Assembly: GCF_037042905.1 (NCBI RefSeq)
Contig: NC_087251.1
Coordinates: 33,296,001 to 33,356,000, forward strand
DNA: 60,000 bases
Source of the DNA: Lytechinus pictus
Taxonomy: Eukaryota
Direction of reading: 5' to 3'
The notes beneath the pieces were generated by a model. It saw nothing but the letters and a program-made list of their open reading frames with translations, had not been told where the DNA came from and ran no database searches. This document shows, one piece after another, positions 25,090-39,487 of the stretch; within the stretch, counting starts at the first letter, position 1, and each line of letters opens with the position of its first letter. A program made the position numbers and the translations under genes.

Positions 25090-28000
25090 TTTTTATTTAA
25101 CATTCATCCAGGAATGGTGTCTTTTCGGCAGGTTCCTTTCAACCCCTATGATTAACCAACCCAAATAACGGTTCTTAGCACCCCACCCACACCCCTACTA
25201 CCAGGCTACAGTCACACTTATCAAACCGACTCAAAACCAACCGATGGTATGTCATTGGTAATGAATTATGAGAGTTGGTCAGTCTGGAGTCAGTATCATT
25301 GATGTGACTGTGGCATGGTTATGTTATTGCTTTATGATTGGAACTCCTCACGCAAGAATACCCCCATCATCTTGACTGCCCCTCCTGTAAACACGATAAA
25401 AAAACATCCAAAGATGGTGGCAAATACCAAAGGTGAAAAGTAGAAAACATGGATGAATGCAAAGTGATTCATGGATGAAATTGTAGAGCGAGGCCTGGAA
25501 AAAACAACAACCTGGGATTCTTTTGTGAAGGGGAGTGAAGAGGTTTTTTTATTTATTGGTTATTTTGTAAAGGTGATGCAGCTTGGAAGTTGATCGTGCT
25601 GGTGGATGATGCATCTGGAATGGCGTTATTATCGTCGTTGAATGAAGAAGGAAAGTCAATCGGAATAACAATTCTGTATTAGGTGTGGTTTTCAGTTTTG
25701 CTACACGATTGAATAATTGGACATTCCAGTACTGTTTGAATTGAATAATCTTAGAAAAACCATATTTGAGTTTTAACATGGTATAATATGGATATTAGCA
25801 TATCTATTTCATTTACCATAGTTCATACTAAATTCATTTTATGGAGTTTTTAAAGATAAATTCAGTATAGTTTTGAGGTAATGGAGAATGTTCATGTACA
25901 ATACCCAAGGTTTGTAGCATTTAAAGGAAGACATTTTGCCAAATTTCATAAGAGAAAGCAAGAACAAAATTTATCCTCTATGAATGTACTAATGTGAGTT
26001 CTTCATAGAAAATGCAGATATTTTTCACAGGCAGCCTCTTCAACTTTCATCCAGGTGTTATTTTTCAGTTCATTTAACAAACATTTATAAAATCATTGTT
26101 CTCATTGATCATTTGTCTATACATGTATCTATTTTCTTTGTTCTGAAAGGTGATAGGAATAAAAAGATGCAAAAATTCTACCCACTGTGGAGTTTATCTG
26201 TCACAACTGGAGAGTTCATCAGAATAAAATGGGAGCAATCTAGAAGTCATAAAAATGGATGCCTGATTCGTGCCTATATCTCTATCACAGCATGCTCTAT
26301 AATAGTTTTGCATTATATGTCACACCCCCCCCCCCCCCAGAACCAATTTTGGGGCAATTTAGCTTTACACTGTAGGCCAAAATTGCCTTTTGATTTTTTA
26401 TGTCATTCTTTGTCACATTGCGTGAGAGGAAATGATCTTGTTGAAGGGGGTTAGGAAATATTACTAGTTTCCTCATTCTTTGGTAATATTACAACTGCAC
26501 ATGTTCTGGGGAAGTTTGTGAGTCAGTTAAAAAAAGAATTGAGAAATGTGTCCCTATCAAGTTTTGCTAGACTGTAAAAATCTGAATCTCACAGAAATAT
26601 CAAAATTTCTATGATGATAAGCTGAAATATGATTTTTTTTTCCCCCTTTACTTACATCTTGTAAATACTTGGAATGAAATTCACAAGTTCTTGTCATGCC
26701 CCGCATAATAAAAAGCTTACACCTAGAACTCGGATTAGCACAATCAGTGAGCAGTTTAAAATCAAAACTTAAAACGCATCTATTTAACAAGCATATCAGG
26801 AGTTTATATGTATATTTTTGTTGAATTGCTTATGCACTCTACAAATCTACTATATTATGTTATTTATATATTTACTAAAAAAGAGAAATAAACACATGTC
26901 TGAAATTGACATTTAGGAGGGTAATGGAAGCATGCATTATTCATACAGAGAAAAGAGAACATTCTGTTCAACTTCATCCATTGCGGACTCATTTGTGCCA
27001 CCATGTCTTGATTAAGACATGCATTTTTCAGCTCTGATACATGAGATCTCCTCAATTATTATAAAAGGACTGGATTTTTTTATCCTCTTGGTAGTAAATG
27101 CACTTTCATGCAGGAGAAATAGGATATTCTGGCCATTATGAGTGAAAATTAAATTCTTGAAATCATGACATGAATTTGAGAGATGTGAAGTGATATGACT
27201 AGAATTTGATATGAGCATTGTGTTGTGGGAAGAGCAGAACGTTGATGAAAGGAGACATCATTCAAATGCTGTGTGCTGTTTGAAATAAAATGACAGTTAT
27301 CAGCCCTAGCTCTCATGGTTACCACTCCCCCCCCCCCCCATAAACAAGTAAGTTAGTAATTTAGTGATTAATTCAAATAAATAAGAAAGTAATTTTGTAA
27401 GTAATAAGGTAAGTAAGTAGATAAGTGAAAAGATGAATGAATAAACTCATTGATCAGTTATTACAAAGATAAATATCTAAATAAACAGATAAATAATCAT
27501 AATCATATGATATATTTTTAATGGGAAAATGTCTCAATATAAATCATAAGGTTAAGGAGGATTTTATTTATGTGTGTTTTATACATTTTTCTGAATTTAA
27601 ATAACTTTGTTTTAATCAATACAATAGTGCAATTCTGAGGGCAATGAGTAGCAGCTGGATATGTCTGTATTTTCCTTCTGTTTCTGAAGTGGTAAAGAAA
27701 ACAGTATACCTGCTATTTATCATCATTTTTTAATCATTTCATTAGAACTAAAAAAAGGCTACAGAATCAAGTGGGACCTACTTGCTGTACAAGATTTGTG
27801 TCATATTCTTTGACCTACATTTAATCAGGAGTTCAGAGTACAGGCATCTCTAAGTGCACAAAGAAGGATAAGTCCTACCCTCTAAAGATCACTATCTTTA
27901 CATTAGATTCTCTGGTGACTTCAGGTTTTTTTAAGACTGTCATGTACAGAAGATAGTTTTTGGTCGGATTGTGTAGTAAAGGCAAGAAGATGGGAGGCCT

Positions 28001-29489
28001 ACTGATGAAGTTACTTCTCTAGAATAAGCATTGACCTTTGCTTAATGTAAAAATAGCAGTGAAAAACAGACATCCGATCATGTGCACATCATTCGCTTCA
28101 CATGGGCTGCATCCATACAATTTTTCAGCCCCGAAAGACAAGTTGTTTGTAACAATATTTCTTCAAAAGTGTACACTTGAAATTTGTAACTTGCATGGTT
28201 CTTGTATTTTCTTTGGCAAGGAACTGTTAGCTTTTGTTATTAATCAGTCAAATGACGGCCAACTTTGACATGTTCCAACAAGAGTAGTGTGAAAATGAAA
28301 ATTTATTTCACAAGGGCTGTTAGAAGTCAACCTATTATGTTATTAATGTACTTTGACCCATGGCCAGTTTGGAATCTAATTCAACAAAAACGGGGAGTTT
28401 AAGCCCCCAACTTGCAATTCTTAGATTTAAAGGAACCCGACCACCCCTTCTACACCCTCTTGTTACTTGAAGTGTTTATGGCTTGGATACCATCAAGGAG
28501 ATGATAGAATTTCTGTAAGCTGCAAATTGATGATTAACTTTGACATCGCTCATACCTTTCAATCCAAGCTGTCATGCTATATTGGTTTGCCTTGGCCAAA
28601 TAATTGTCCCTAAAACTATTCATGTGGTGATTACAGTTTCAATCTGTGACAAAAAAGGTGTTTTTTTTTTAATCTGCACTATTGATAAGCTTTGACATTG
28701 TAGTGAATGGGCATTTTCTTCTGTATATTTCCATGGCTCTGTTGAGCATTTTGGGGTAAATTGCCCCCAGCGCTCCATATGATGTAATTTCTCACCTTAA
28801 TTTATCCATGTCACCAATGCCTGGGTCACATTGAACGATGATTTATGATTTTTCAATCAATTCCTGAAGCATCACCTGTGGCTATGGGCCGCAAGGTATG
28901 TGTTAACATTATCAACAGGAATTGAGCGATTTCTTGTAGGAATCCTGGGGATGGGGTGGAGGCAAGCCATACTCAGACTGAGCACAGATATTGTGCTAAA
29001 TCAAAGCATTTCTCCCAGAAAGTGTACAATGATTCTGTACCTAGCATGGATTTGGAACAGTGGACTGCGATGCCTTCTATGGTGATGCTACAACCATGTA
29101 TTTTTTAAGATTGTCAAATTTCATGCTAAAAGATGGAGGATTTATTTCCTGAAAGGAGCATGGAAGCATGTCAGACAATGTCTCTCTATGAAAGCAATAA
29201 GAAATGGAAGATATGGTTTTAAAAGAAACATAACCAGAAACAGTTATTCATTCGTTTATGATGTTCTCTCCTTCATAAATATACTTGATGGAAACTTGTT
29301 CATTTCATTCAAATAACTTGGCAATAAATACAGCATACTGACTGGGGATGGGATACATGGTGTTCTAAACATTCCCAGGGCTTCCCAAACCCTGATATAG
29401 GATGCTGACATTTGCCAAGCATGGTCTCCGTACTCCCAGCTGACTTGCTAGATCTATAGGTCTGTCTCTTTTCATATCCTAGCTTAATA

Positions 29490-30290
29490 CTCCATGGAGG
29501 ATTGGGGTAAGATGTAAATATTGATGGAGAGGGAGACAGTTGGAGATAGAGATAGAGAAGTAGAAACAGGGAAAGGCGTTTTATAATGTCTCCTCCCCCA
29601 CCCCACCCCCATGTGCGATGTAAACGTATTATTCAGTAGATTTTTATTATAACATTGAGAATTGAGGGAAGAAGTAAATATTGATGGAGATGGAGGCAGT
29701 TTGAGATAGATAGAGAAGAATAAACAAAGAACTTTTTTTAATTTCCCCTATCCCACTCACCCCCCCCCCCCCTCTATCCAATCCACTCTGTTCTTAATAT
29801 AGACATATTATCCACAATATTTTTATTGTTTTATTGTCTGTGAGATTCAGATTTTTACAGTCTAGCAAAACTTGATAGGGACACATTTCTCAAGTTTTAT
29901 TGTCCATGAAGGGTCAGGGAAGATTTATATATTGATGGAGAGGAAGGCAGTTAGAGATAAGAGATAAAGAAGTAGAAATAGGAAAGTTTTTTTTATGTCA
30001 CCTCCCCACCCTACCCCACCCCATCCACAATGTAAACATGCTTTTCAAAAGATTTTGGTTTTATTATACATGGAGGGTCAGGGAAGATGTAAAAATTGGG
30101 AGAGAGAGAGAGAAAGTTAAAGATCGAGATTCAGAAGTAGAAATTTTATGAGTTTTTTTATGTCTCTTCCCCATCCTGCACCTGAACATATTTTTCAGTT
30201 GATTTGGGATTTACGGTGTATGTACATGAAGGATCAGGGACTATGTGACATTGATGAGAGAAACAGAGAAAGAGATAGAGAATTAGAAAC
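29490..30290 (+). repeat. Degenerate tandem repeat, ~5 copies of a GA-rich unit
   Basis: aagatgtaaatattgatggaga...gagatagagaagtagaaa recurs at ~29510, 29670, 29920, 30085 and 30240. Confidence 0.7.
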
Positions 30291-32017
30291 AGTGAGAAGC
30301 CTGTTAAGCCTTGTTTTTCATTTGCAAGTTTTAAAAAAGGGGAGGGGTATTGCAAGATGTGTACCCCCCCCCCCTCTCAAATAAACAAGTTAAGAGGAAA
30401 TAGCAAGGTGTGCTGTTCATGTATCTTTGCCAACATTCACAGCCTTGGATGTTTTGCATATCTGTTGCAAAAAAACACTGATCAGTGACAATAAAGTATG
30501 TATGGGAATGAAGGTGTTTCATTTGAATGCGGCTGTGAATTTGATACAGGGAGCTTCATTCAACAGTTACATCCCTGTGACAGTATGAGTGTCAATGACA
30601 TGCAGAGCCTTGGATGCTAGTGGGAATTAGTATCCCATCATGCATTGTTGATTTAGCTGTCGTCTGTTGAACTCCACCATCAATGTTGTGAGAAAGGATA
30701 TGCACTTGGATTTTAACATTTTCCCTCTTCCTTTCTTTTTTCTCAGATTCTTCTGTGTATTCTCATGAATACTATTCTTTCTCTTTTTTTTCTCTCTTTC
30801 TTTTTATTACAACTTTTATTGAAAATGAAATTGAATTAAAATTGAAAAGTTATGAATATTCATAAAGTCTTCAGATATTTTATTAATGAGCAAATGAAGA
30901 CAAAATTTAAGCTAAGAGGATTCAAGGCTCATTCAGCCAACAATATACATGTAATTATATAAAATATTGTCTCCTTTGAAAATATACAAAATATAGATCT
31001 GCTTAAGAAATAGAAGAAGATGTGGAGCTAATAAGATCATAGATTTTGAGTCATAAAAAAGTTAGGAAAAAAATGCAGTGTTATAAATATTTCAACATTT
31101 TGATGTACTCTCCATTTGAATTAATGAAATTACTGCTCCCCATGTGCCCATTAACTACTGTCACTGCATAACTTGTGCGTAATAGGATGGAACAAAATTA
31201 TTTAATCATGTGAGAGAAAAAAATGGAGTTATGCTTTTATGAATGTGCCTTCGTTACCGAGGACAGGATGAAAATGGAGGGTGCTTTGTGCATTTAGGCA
31301 TCATATTATATGACCGGCCTTGTTATCGCTAAGTTAATCAGGTTGTTTATTCCTCTGTAACTAATGAAGGTAAATGAAATATGAGCCCTTGGAGAATATG
31401 AATGGTATTTGAGCATGTTAATTAATTCCTCAAATTATGGGAAATGCATTGGATGGGTCATGTATCATTAAGTATGGATTGTGGTGTGTGATCGTGTCTT
31501 GCAGTGTGCATTGCATTCCATCCTCTAATCGAGAAATGAAACATTTTGCATATCATATTTTGTGAATTTATTCTATAAGTTAACTGAACTTTGGTTTGGT
31601 TTGCAGATATGCAGGGGTTATTAAAGACCGAATGTACTTAATGTTGATGAATACTATTTGATTATGTATCAAATTAATATATACATGTATCTCAAAGACT
31701 TAAGGTTCAGTAAATGTCAGTTTTATTACATTGATGAAAAAAGATGGGTTTCAGTTATGTAGTCATTGTAAGTATGAATATATTGATGTTGACTCTTGAT
31801 TTTATTGTATTATTTTATTTTAACTTATTATTTGAACTATAATGCATCCTATGTGACCATCCTTATTTGATGGATGCACATTTCTTTGTCATCCTCTGAT
31901 TTTCTGAGGGGAAATTTAAATTGCGATGTATGCGATCAATGTCTGCAATCATTGGTAGATATGAAATAATTATTTCAATGAATGAGGTCTATTTATATTC
32001 CATTACATAGAGACAGT

Positions 32018-32403
32018 AAATTGCCAGTTCGTCTACTGCCAACTAGTCCACTCACCACATGGTCTACTTTCATGTAGTGTAATGCCATTCCGTCCATCAA
32101 CATTTGGTCTAACAACCATTTTGTCCAATCTTCTCTTCGTCTAAACACCATTTCATGTATGACCATTGTGTCTCATAACTAGTTGGTCTAATATCCATTT
32201 CATTTTCATTCATTTTGCACAATCAACACTTAGTCCAATTAGAACAAATGGTATATGGACTAATGGCTATTGGACCAACTGGTTATTAGACGAAATGGTG
32301 AGTGGACGAATTGGCAATTAGACCATGTGGATAGTGGACAAACTGATGGTAGACCAAATGATAGTAGACGAGTTGGCAATTGGACGAATTGGCATTAGAC
32401 AAA
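32018..32403. mobile_element. Foldback-like MITE built of short gtcta/tagac subrepeats
   Basis: aattgccagttcgtctact ... agtagacgagttggcaatt inverted ends. Decayed relatives at ~740-1200 and ~39900-40205. Confidence 0.7.
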
Positions 32404-32637
32404 TTTGAAAAAACCACATTGAGACAATCTATAATCATTTGTTTGCATTTTCTCTCTTTTTTCTCTCAATCTCTCGGATTCATCCCCTCTTTATCTCACT
32501 ATCTCTCACCCTTCCTATTCACACACTCACCCAAACACACTCCATTTCTGTCCATCTGCTTTCCTCATCACTCCCTTTCTTTCACCCCTTATCTTTCTCT
32601 TACCATCCCTCTATCTCCTCTCTCCTTCATATTCCAG

Positions 32638-32805
32638 GACTTTGTGCCGGACGTCCTGATGGAAGATGCCGAGGCCGGAGAAGGGTCGGGCATGGGTCAG
32701 ACGGGGGCCAGAGGTCACCAGGCGTACGGTACCATGGACCACGGCAGCGAGCACATCTCTTATCAACCCCAGGTCGACACAGAATCGTCAGAACAAGAGG
32801 AATAG
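32638..32805 (+). CDS. TMEM63: TMEM63/CSC1-like terminal coding exon (DFVPDVLMEDAEAGEGSG...YGTMDHG...SSEQEE*)
   Basis: Very long CT-rich tract + ttccag acceptor, phase 0 matching the 7312 donor, GC-rich coding-like composition, TAG stop. FVPxVL and YGT resemble TMEM63 tail motifs. Confidence 0.85.
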   Translation, partial: DFVPDVLMEDAEAGEGSGMGQTGARGHQAYGTMDHGSEHISYQPQVDTESSEQEE

Positions 32806-35800
32806 GCTTGATAGGATTTCATTCGGCTTCCAACCGTACAGCTGCAGTAGAAAGAACTCGGGTTTGGTGAGAAGAAGTCTCCTCGTAGTTGGACTCGTAA
32901 GGAATACTCAAATACACACTTGAATCAACAAGTATGGGTGACATAGTGATTTACATTCTATTTTATTATATGCCTTCTAAATTACCGTATGAGTAATAAA
33001 ATACAGTTCTTGTGAAGCATGTATCAAATTACGACTTATCATTCCTATGCACTTCCTAAGGACTTGGATACTGTTTTCCTTCATTTTAAAAAAGTAGAAT
33101 ACAAGAACACATGCTTGCCAATGTAGTAACCTGTTGTCACGTTCCAAGGTTCCTTATTTCAAATTAAAAAGAAGGGATTTACTTCAATGATTCTTTTATC
33201 CAGGAACATGCATAATCTTTTGCATCAGAGAATGTAACTCATCAGTGTAGTGTGCTTTTCATTTGAAGTCATCCTCAGGGAAAAATTCTCATTTATTTTA
33301 TTGCCATTTCTTTTAACTGACTTGTACTGCACTCAAATCCCATCAGAATCTTGATGCACATGTAATCCATTCCGTTCTGTCTCGTCTAAAATCTTAGAAG
33401 TTAATTGCTTGAAGTCACTGATGGGGAAATGAGAGGGATAGAACATGCAGTCCCATACATTAGGATCTCTGCGGTGCAGGCATACGGTTGCTATGCTTAT
33501 AAGAGCTTCATAGTTGGTTTCTACTGCTATGTCTTTCCGCATGTTTAAAGCACAAGTTAGATTATTACTTCATGTATTATGAACATTTTACCAGGTGGTA
33601 AATGTTAGATTGTTTGGGTTTGTAGGATTGCATGAGCTTTGCATTGTACAGGATGGTTAAACAAAACCCCACCCACATTAGACCTGATTTGTTGTGGAGC
33701 TCACTAATTTGGTGAGTGATCCATTTAGACCAATTTAAATCTTGGTAAATGATGGGATAGCAGTGTTGTCTGTGCCCACGATGTTGCCTTATGACAAGTT
33801 CAGGCTGGCAAAGGATTTGCATTGAGTTTCCTCATTCTGTGTAGTGAAGGTTGGAAGGGATGATATTCAAACTTATTCTATCTATAAAAAAAGTGAGAGA
33901 AAAGGAATGTGATAATATCATAGATATGCTAGATTTTCTGTGTTTACAGAGTCTATCTTTTGACTAGAATATATGTTTGTATTTAAAAAACTATACAAAA
34001 AAAGTATGTAGTTACATATAGAATTATGTAAAGAGTATATGAATTTATGAATTTGAATTTATCAAGAGTTATGGATAGTTATATAATATGTATCTGTATA
34101 TTGGAAAGAATTTGGGTGTTACTCTATGTTATGTGGGTGTTGCAATATGTTCAAAATTCTATATTTGAAAAAAAAAATGAACAGTACATGTATATCTCTC
34201 TGTATAAGATCTCAAGATTTACAGTCATAGTTATCTTATTATTCAAGACAAAATTGCATTTCTTGAAATATATTAAAAGAATCTTGATTTTTTTTTTTAC
34301 TGTGAGGCTGTCTTGGAAGGCGCTTACTCTGAAATGTGCAGGGGCATACCTAAGTCATGAGATTGATTGAGAAAGTTGAGATGTATCCCAGAGGTCATGT
34401 AACTGCCTTAATTCTATATAGATAATCGCATGTTTGATGAATTGAAGGCAGCAAGTGGACAGTGTCAGTTGTTACCTTTCTTAAATGTTATAAATACAGT
34501 ATATGGGCATTATGACATAAGTATTTGTGTTATTCTGTTTACAAAGATGATTGTGATTGGTTGGATGGCCATGCTTTTAAAAAAGCATGCACATGCCTTA
34601 AGGACATTGATCAGCCATTCCTTTTTTTATGTCATTTGTCTTGATTTCTTTATGATTCTATAAAATGGAATAAGTCGGTCCAGTTGTCATGACATATTAT
34701 TCAAAATATTAATTTCGATATTGAATGGTAAATACTGTTTGTATCTCCAGTTACGATGCAACTTGGTTGTATCTTAATATTATGCACTATGCCTATCTGT
34801 AACATAATGACCCTTTTTGTCCTGAAATAGTTTTGAAATGAAAAAATGACATATGACCTGTTTACACTTAGGGGGTGATATTATCTTGACAGTGCATCAA
34901 TATTGATTATTCTTTTACTATTAATTGAATTTAATATCTATTTATTTCTGATACAATGGAGAAGGAAGAAATTAATTATAACAATTTATTCAATTTAATT
35001 GGATGTGCGCTGATGCCAATAAAGAGTTGATGTACTGTTTGCTGGATTGATAGAGATAAGAATTGAGTTTAAAAAAATTGATATTTCATTCTGTATATAT
35101 CATTTAAACTCTCGGCCACTAAATTACAAAACTACAATGTTTATTAAGTTTATGCAAACTTCATTATCTCAGCCAATGATATTTGTCATCCATATATTAT
35201 TTTTATTTAAGTAATTCTTATTTTTTCCTCAATGTGCCATTCAAATTTGTATGATTTTTTAAAAATAATATTTAGGGCATATTTCAACCAAATTTTTTAT
35301 AGCTTTAGAATTATTCCAATTCTGTTGTTATGCAATTCATATAGGTTATTTTAAAATCAGTGTCATGTACTTAGCAGCAGTCCTGTAACAAATATGTTCA
35401 CATTACTTGATTATTATACCATTAAAAATAAACCACATACCACTGGATATATCAAGTGTGCTAGCAATAGATTCATGGTATGAAATGCCATCCTGTGACC
35501 TTGCAAATTAATTAAGATATTGTCTACCACTTTACTCAGACTGATGATGCATGAAAACCAGCTTAAGTACAGGAAACAGAAAAGAGTTTTGAATACATAT
35601 TTTACTACCTCTCTGTCGATTGCATAGTACAAACATCTACTCCTACCATTTTCCCGGAATTTGGTGAATAAGGTGAATGGGATATTTGATGATGCACTCA
35701 GAATAGTTTGTGCAGATAATAAAAGTTTGATCAATTTGGCTGATTTCTGTTGTAATCTCACACAAAATTTGTGTACTTCCTCCTACACTGTCAAACTAAT

Positions 35801-36789
35801 TTAGCAATGACCCGTTGGTAGGGATTTTAGGTCTTTAAGTGTACTAGTTTGGTCATTATTAGATATGGTCTCTAAGAAGAGCTTACTGCTCCTAACGACC
35901 ATTTGCCATTGAATACCACGTAAATTTCTATCTCTTGATAGTATTTTTATATTGTCTTGTATAGCATTGGGTGTGTGCTAGAAGGACATAGAAATTATGC
36001 AAAAATACAGTGACAAAAGAAAGCATTCACTTAAAGTTTCATAGTATATGAAGGAGACTTATTCCTGCCATGTACATTGATGTCATTGTGGTACCATTTG
36101 TCTTGCCTAAACTTTGAGATAAGTCTTACTATATTCATTTTGCTTAGTAAAAGAGCACATTGAGTACAATACACACAAAAAATGCCACTAAATGAAATTT
36201 TGTTTTATATGTCATGTGCTCCCCTTTTCCACTAAAAATCAAGCATTTATCAAAATAACGGCTTTTTTGCTGGTAATATTTCATTACCTTTGAGGGAAGC
36301 GAGATATATCAGAGAGGACATCGAAATGTGCAGGAGGCAGAAAGTTGGTTGGGAGTTCATGGTCTCCGATGGCGTGTGAAATACACGGCTATCCGCAGCA
36401 GATAAGAATCAATTGTCATTGGTTCATTACGCTACACGGGAGACAGATTAGACCGTGGAACTCATTAATATCACGTCTGCTCTTTGTGAATATTGCAAAT
36501 AGTGAATCCCAGGATAAAAAGCTTAATGTAATCCTATTTTGTAGTAATGGGTATTAGCTTGGGGAGAGAGAGTAGTCCTAGTACATCAAATATCCATGAG
36601 AATTTGTAGCGGTGTTACTTGAAAATTTTATAACCTGTTGGTTGATCAATTGTAGTAATGAAATACCTCCCCGTCCCCCTTTCTGAAAGTTCATCAAGGG
36701 AATATTTGGAAAGAGAAAGTGGCCTTAAGAACAATGGGGAGTAATAAGGAATACAGTTAAGTCTTTGATACAGGAATTAACCTTAAGCA

Positions 36790-36980
36790 TGGCCATAGCT
36801 AATTTGGTAGTGATGGTCTTGTAATCCCGGTGATTCAGGTTCGAAACCTGGTCGATGCGCTGGTGCCCTTTGGTAAGGCACTTATCCTCATTCCCAGGTC
36901 CCTTGGAGAGGACCTCAAGCTGTTGGTCCTCTGGTTGCTTACAAGCATTCATGCTTTCTTAGCATCAGGTAAGAATAACC
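36790..36980 (+). mobile_element. tRNA-derived SINE
   Basis: tRNA-like head with B box ggttcgaaacc, followed by a gtgccctttggtaaggcacttatcctca core typical of metazoan SINE2 families. Confidence 0.7.
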
Positions 36981-39231
36981 ACCTCTATCCTTTTAACAGA
37001 CCTGTTAACAGTAACAAATGAAGAGTTTCTATAACAAATTTGCAATCAGCCAATCAGAGAGAAGGATTACAGTAGATTTTAATTGTTATTGTAAATTTGT
37101 TATTATAACAAGATGTTTGAAACAGGGCCCCCAAACTTGTTAACTTTGCAGATATAATTATTTTCTTCAGATAGTATGTTTTGCAATTACATTAGAGGAG
37201 AATGATACAGATAACCAAAAAGGGATAAACCCCTCCCTCTAACCCACACACACCCCTTTTTTTGCATCATGTCTCAACAAAAGACAAGCATGTCTGGAAA
37301 TAAAACCATGTCATGTGTGTTGATCACATTTTTCCCCTTTTCCATTAAACTGGGTCAGATGGTATCACCTTTTTTCCAAGCTGTGATTCCTCTTCGTATT
37401 GCTATATAGGTCATCCAAATTGCTTTCTGCTAGACTCTTCAACACCTCACTGTAGATCATCAAAGAAATTGTAGCTTCTCCAATTGATTCCAGTGTAGGG
37501 CTTCATGCATGATAATAGAAGCAGTTGAGACGGTGGAAGTTGACCCTCGATACCGTTCGCAATTTCCTTGATAACAAAATTGACGGGTTTCTTTTCTGGC
37601 TGTGGGGATATCTGACCTATTTCAGTGGATGTCTTCTAGTAATTGTCTGGGTTCCAGGCGAGAATCTGAGCTGCAAATATGATCTATCATATTTACTGTG
37701 GAATGAAAAGAGAATAGGGTAAAGTCTTTTCATTTCCACGGGATAGTATATTTGATCAAGATCTGTTACTATCTGGGCCTGAGGGTGGTGAAGGTAAAAG
37801 GGTATTTGATATTTGAGGGCAATTTGAATGCAGCTGTAGTTATTCAAGATTATGTTGCATACCTTTTCATTGAATTCATAGATTTATGACCCCCTTCTCT
37901 CCACAAATGATATCTAAAGATCTCATCAACATGAAGTTCTTTTGTAATGTCTCAAGTTTCAAGAACCTAGGGGAAAGAATTTCTACTTACACTTGTCCAA
38001 AAATACAGAATAAATTTATGTAAGTTATCGAAAGGATTGTTACCACTTTAAACCCTGAATTATTTAGGACGGTCCTGACCCTCACCCTGCATTTTTGGCA
38101 GGTATCAAGATAATCGGCAAAATAAAGAAATACATGACATTTGAAATAAATGATCTCCAATTCTCATGATACGAGCCCAGCTACGCCAGCGGCACCTAAC
38201 TGCGCTGGTACCTGGCCTGACCCGGCTGATGTTGCTTAGCTTTGATGGAAGTAAAATTCATCAATAGCTTATGCATAGTCTCTATACGACTTGCTGTGTA
38301 TTATCGCATGTGCCTCCTTTGTAGGTAGTATATTTTTATCATTTTATATACTAAAACCTTACAAATGAAAGCCAATCGTTGACAAAATTAATAACTGAAG
38401 TTATTGACTGAATATCTCTAAACTGGCGTCATTTTTAAGAGGTCACCTGATATCTAAAACCCTTGCTTTTCAAATCACATGACTTGAAGTCGCTCTTCTG
38501 GCTTTTAGGGTATATGCGCGTTCATGTTGAAGCCAGTTTTCCGGCTTTTTTGGTTCCAAAGGGTTAATATTGAATTGAATCCTCAAAAACATAATCACCT
38601 GGAAATCCTGTTTTTAGCCCTTATCATAAGTATCATTATATTATGTCTTCTGGCTCTCTGATAATTGAAGTAGAAATGTTGTTAATCATTGTGGGTCAAA
38701 ATTGTACAAGAATACAAAATGCAAATTCAACATTCCACAAATCTGAATATGAATATTTCTGTCACTATGTTTGCATTACTTAAAATACCCAAACACAGTG
38801 CACACTATATGGCACTCTAAATATAAAAGATTTTTTCTTTTAGCATTATCTCTGACATAAAAATCTAACAAAAATTATTCTTATTACCAAGAAAAAAAAC
38901 ACTAATGGAATATGGAAAAGTACCAATGTGATCTAGAAATGAGGGAGAAAAGAAGGAAGACATTTACACATCAGCGAATTGAGTCTTTGGCGAGTCATTC
39001 TGGTGACAAGTACTCGAGCATACAAGGTATCACTTAAAGCAATATCAGAATATGAAAAGCCTGTCAATCACTGTTTATAACTGTTGCTGAAAGCATTTAT
39101 GAGGGAGAAACTGTGTCAGCTCATAATTGCAGTATGAAATTTTGAAGAATGGTGACTGATCTCATGTTGACATACTGGAAGATTAAACATTCATTGTGGG
39201 AAATGGGATACTGGCCTGGGAATTCAGTAAG

Positions 39232-39487
39232 GGGGGTGTTTCACAAAGATTTAAGTCCGACTAAAATTTCACTTCAATTCCTAGTTGCGTGTGGTATAAA
39301 AGGCATCATTGCATTGATCAGATCATGTTCAGAGAGATGTACGCTATGGCATATTTAAAAATGAGATCATGTGTAAGATTTCATGTTCACATTGGGACAT
39401 TTCTTTTAGTCAGACCTTAGTCATTTGGTCAGACTTTATTCTTCGGTACACTTCTTTTAGTCAGACTTAACTTTGTGAAACACCCCC
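39232..39487. mobile_element. MITE with 17-bp TIRs
   Basis: gggggtgtttcacaaag / ctttgtgaaacaccccc. Confidence 0.8.

Noticed and set aside
25572..25682. Protein-like frame DAAWKLIVLVDDASG... after a T-rich tract
   Set aside because: AAG acceptor, and the open frame is phase 1 while the available donor is phase 0 (phase 0 stops after 6 codons).
32380..32637. N-terminal part of the 141-aa ORF
   Set aside because: It is the MITE end plus the polypyrimidine tract. Only 32638 onward is exonic.
38048..38567. piggyBac-like element (ttaaaccct...agggttaa)
   Set aside because: The terminal inverted match is too short and imperfect to support a call.
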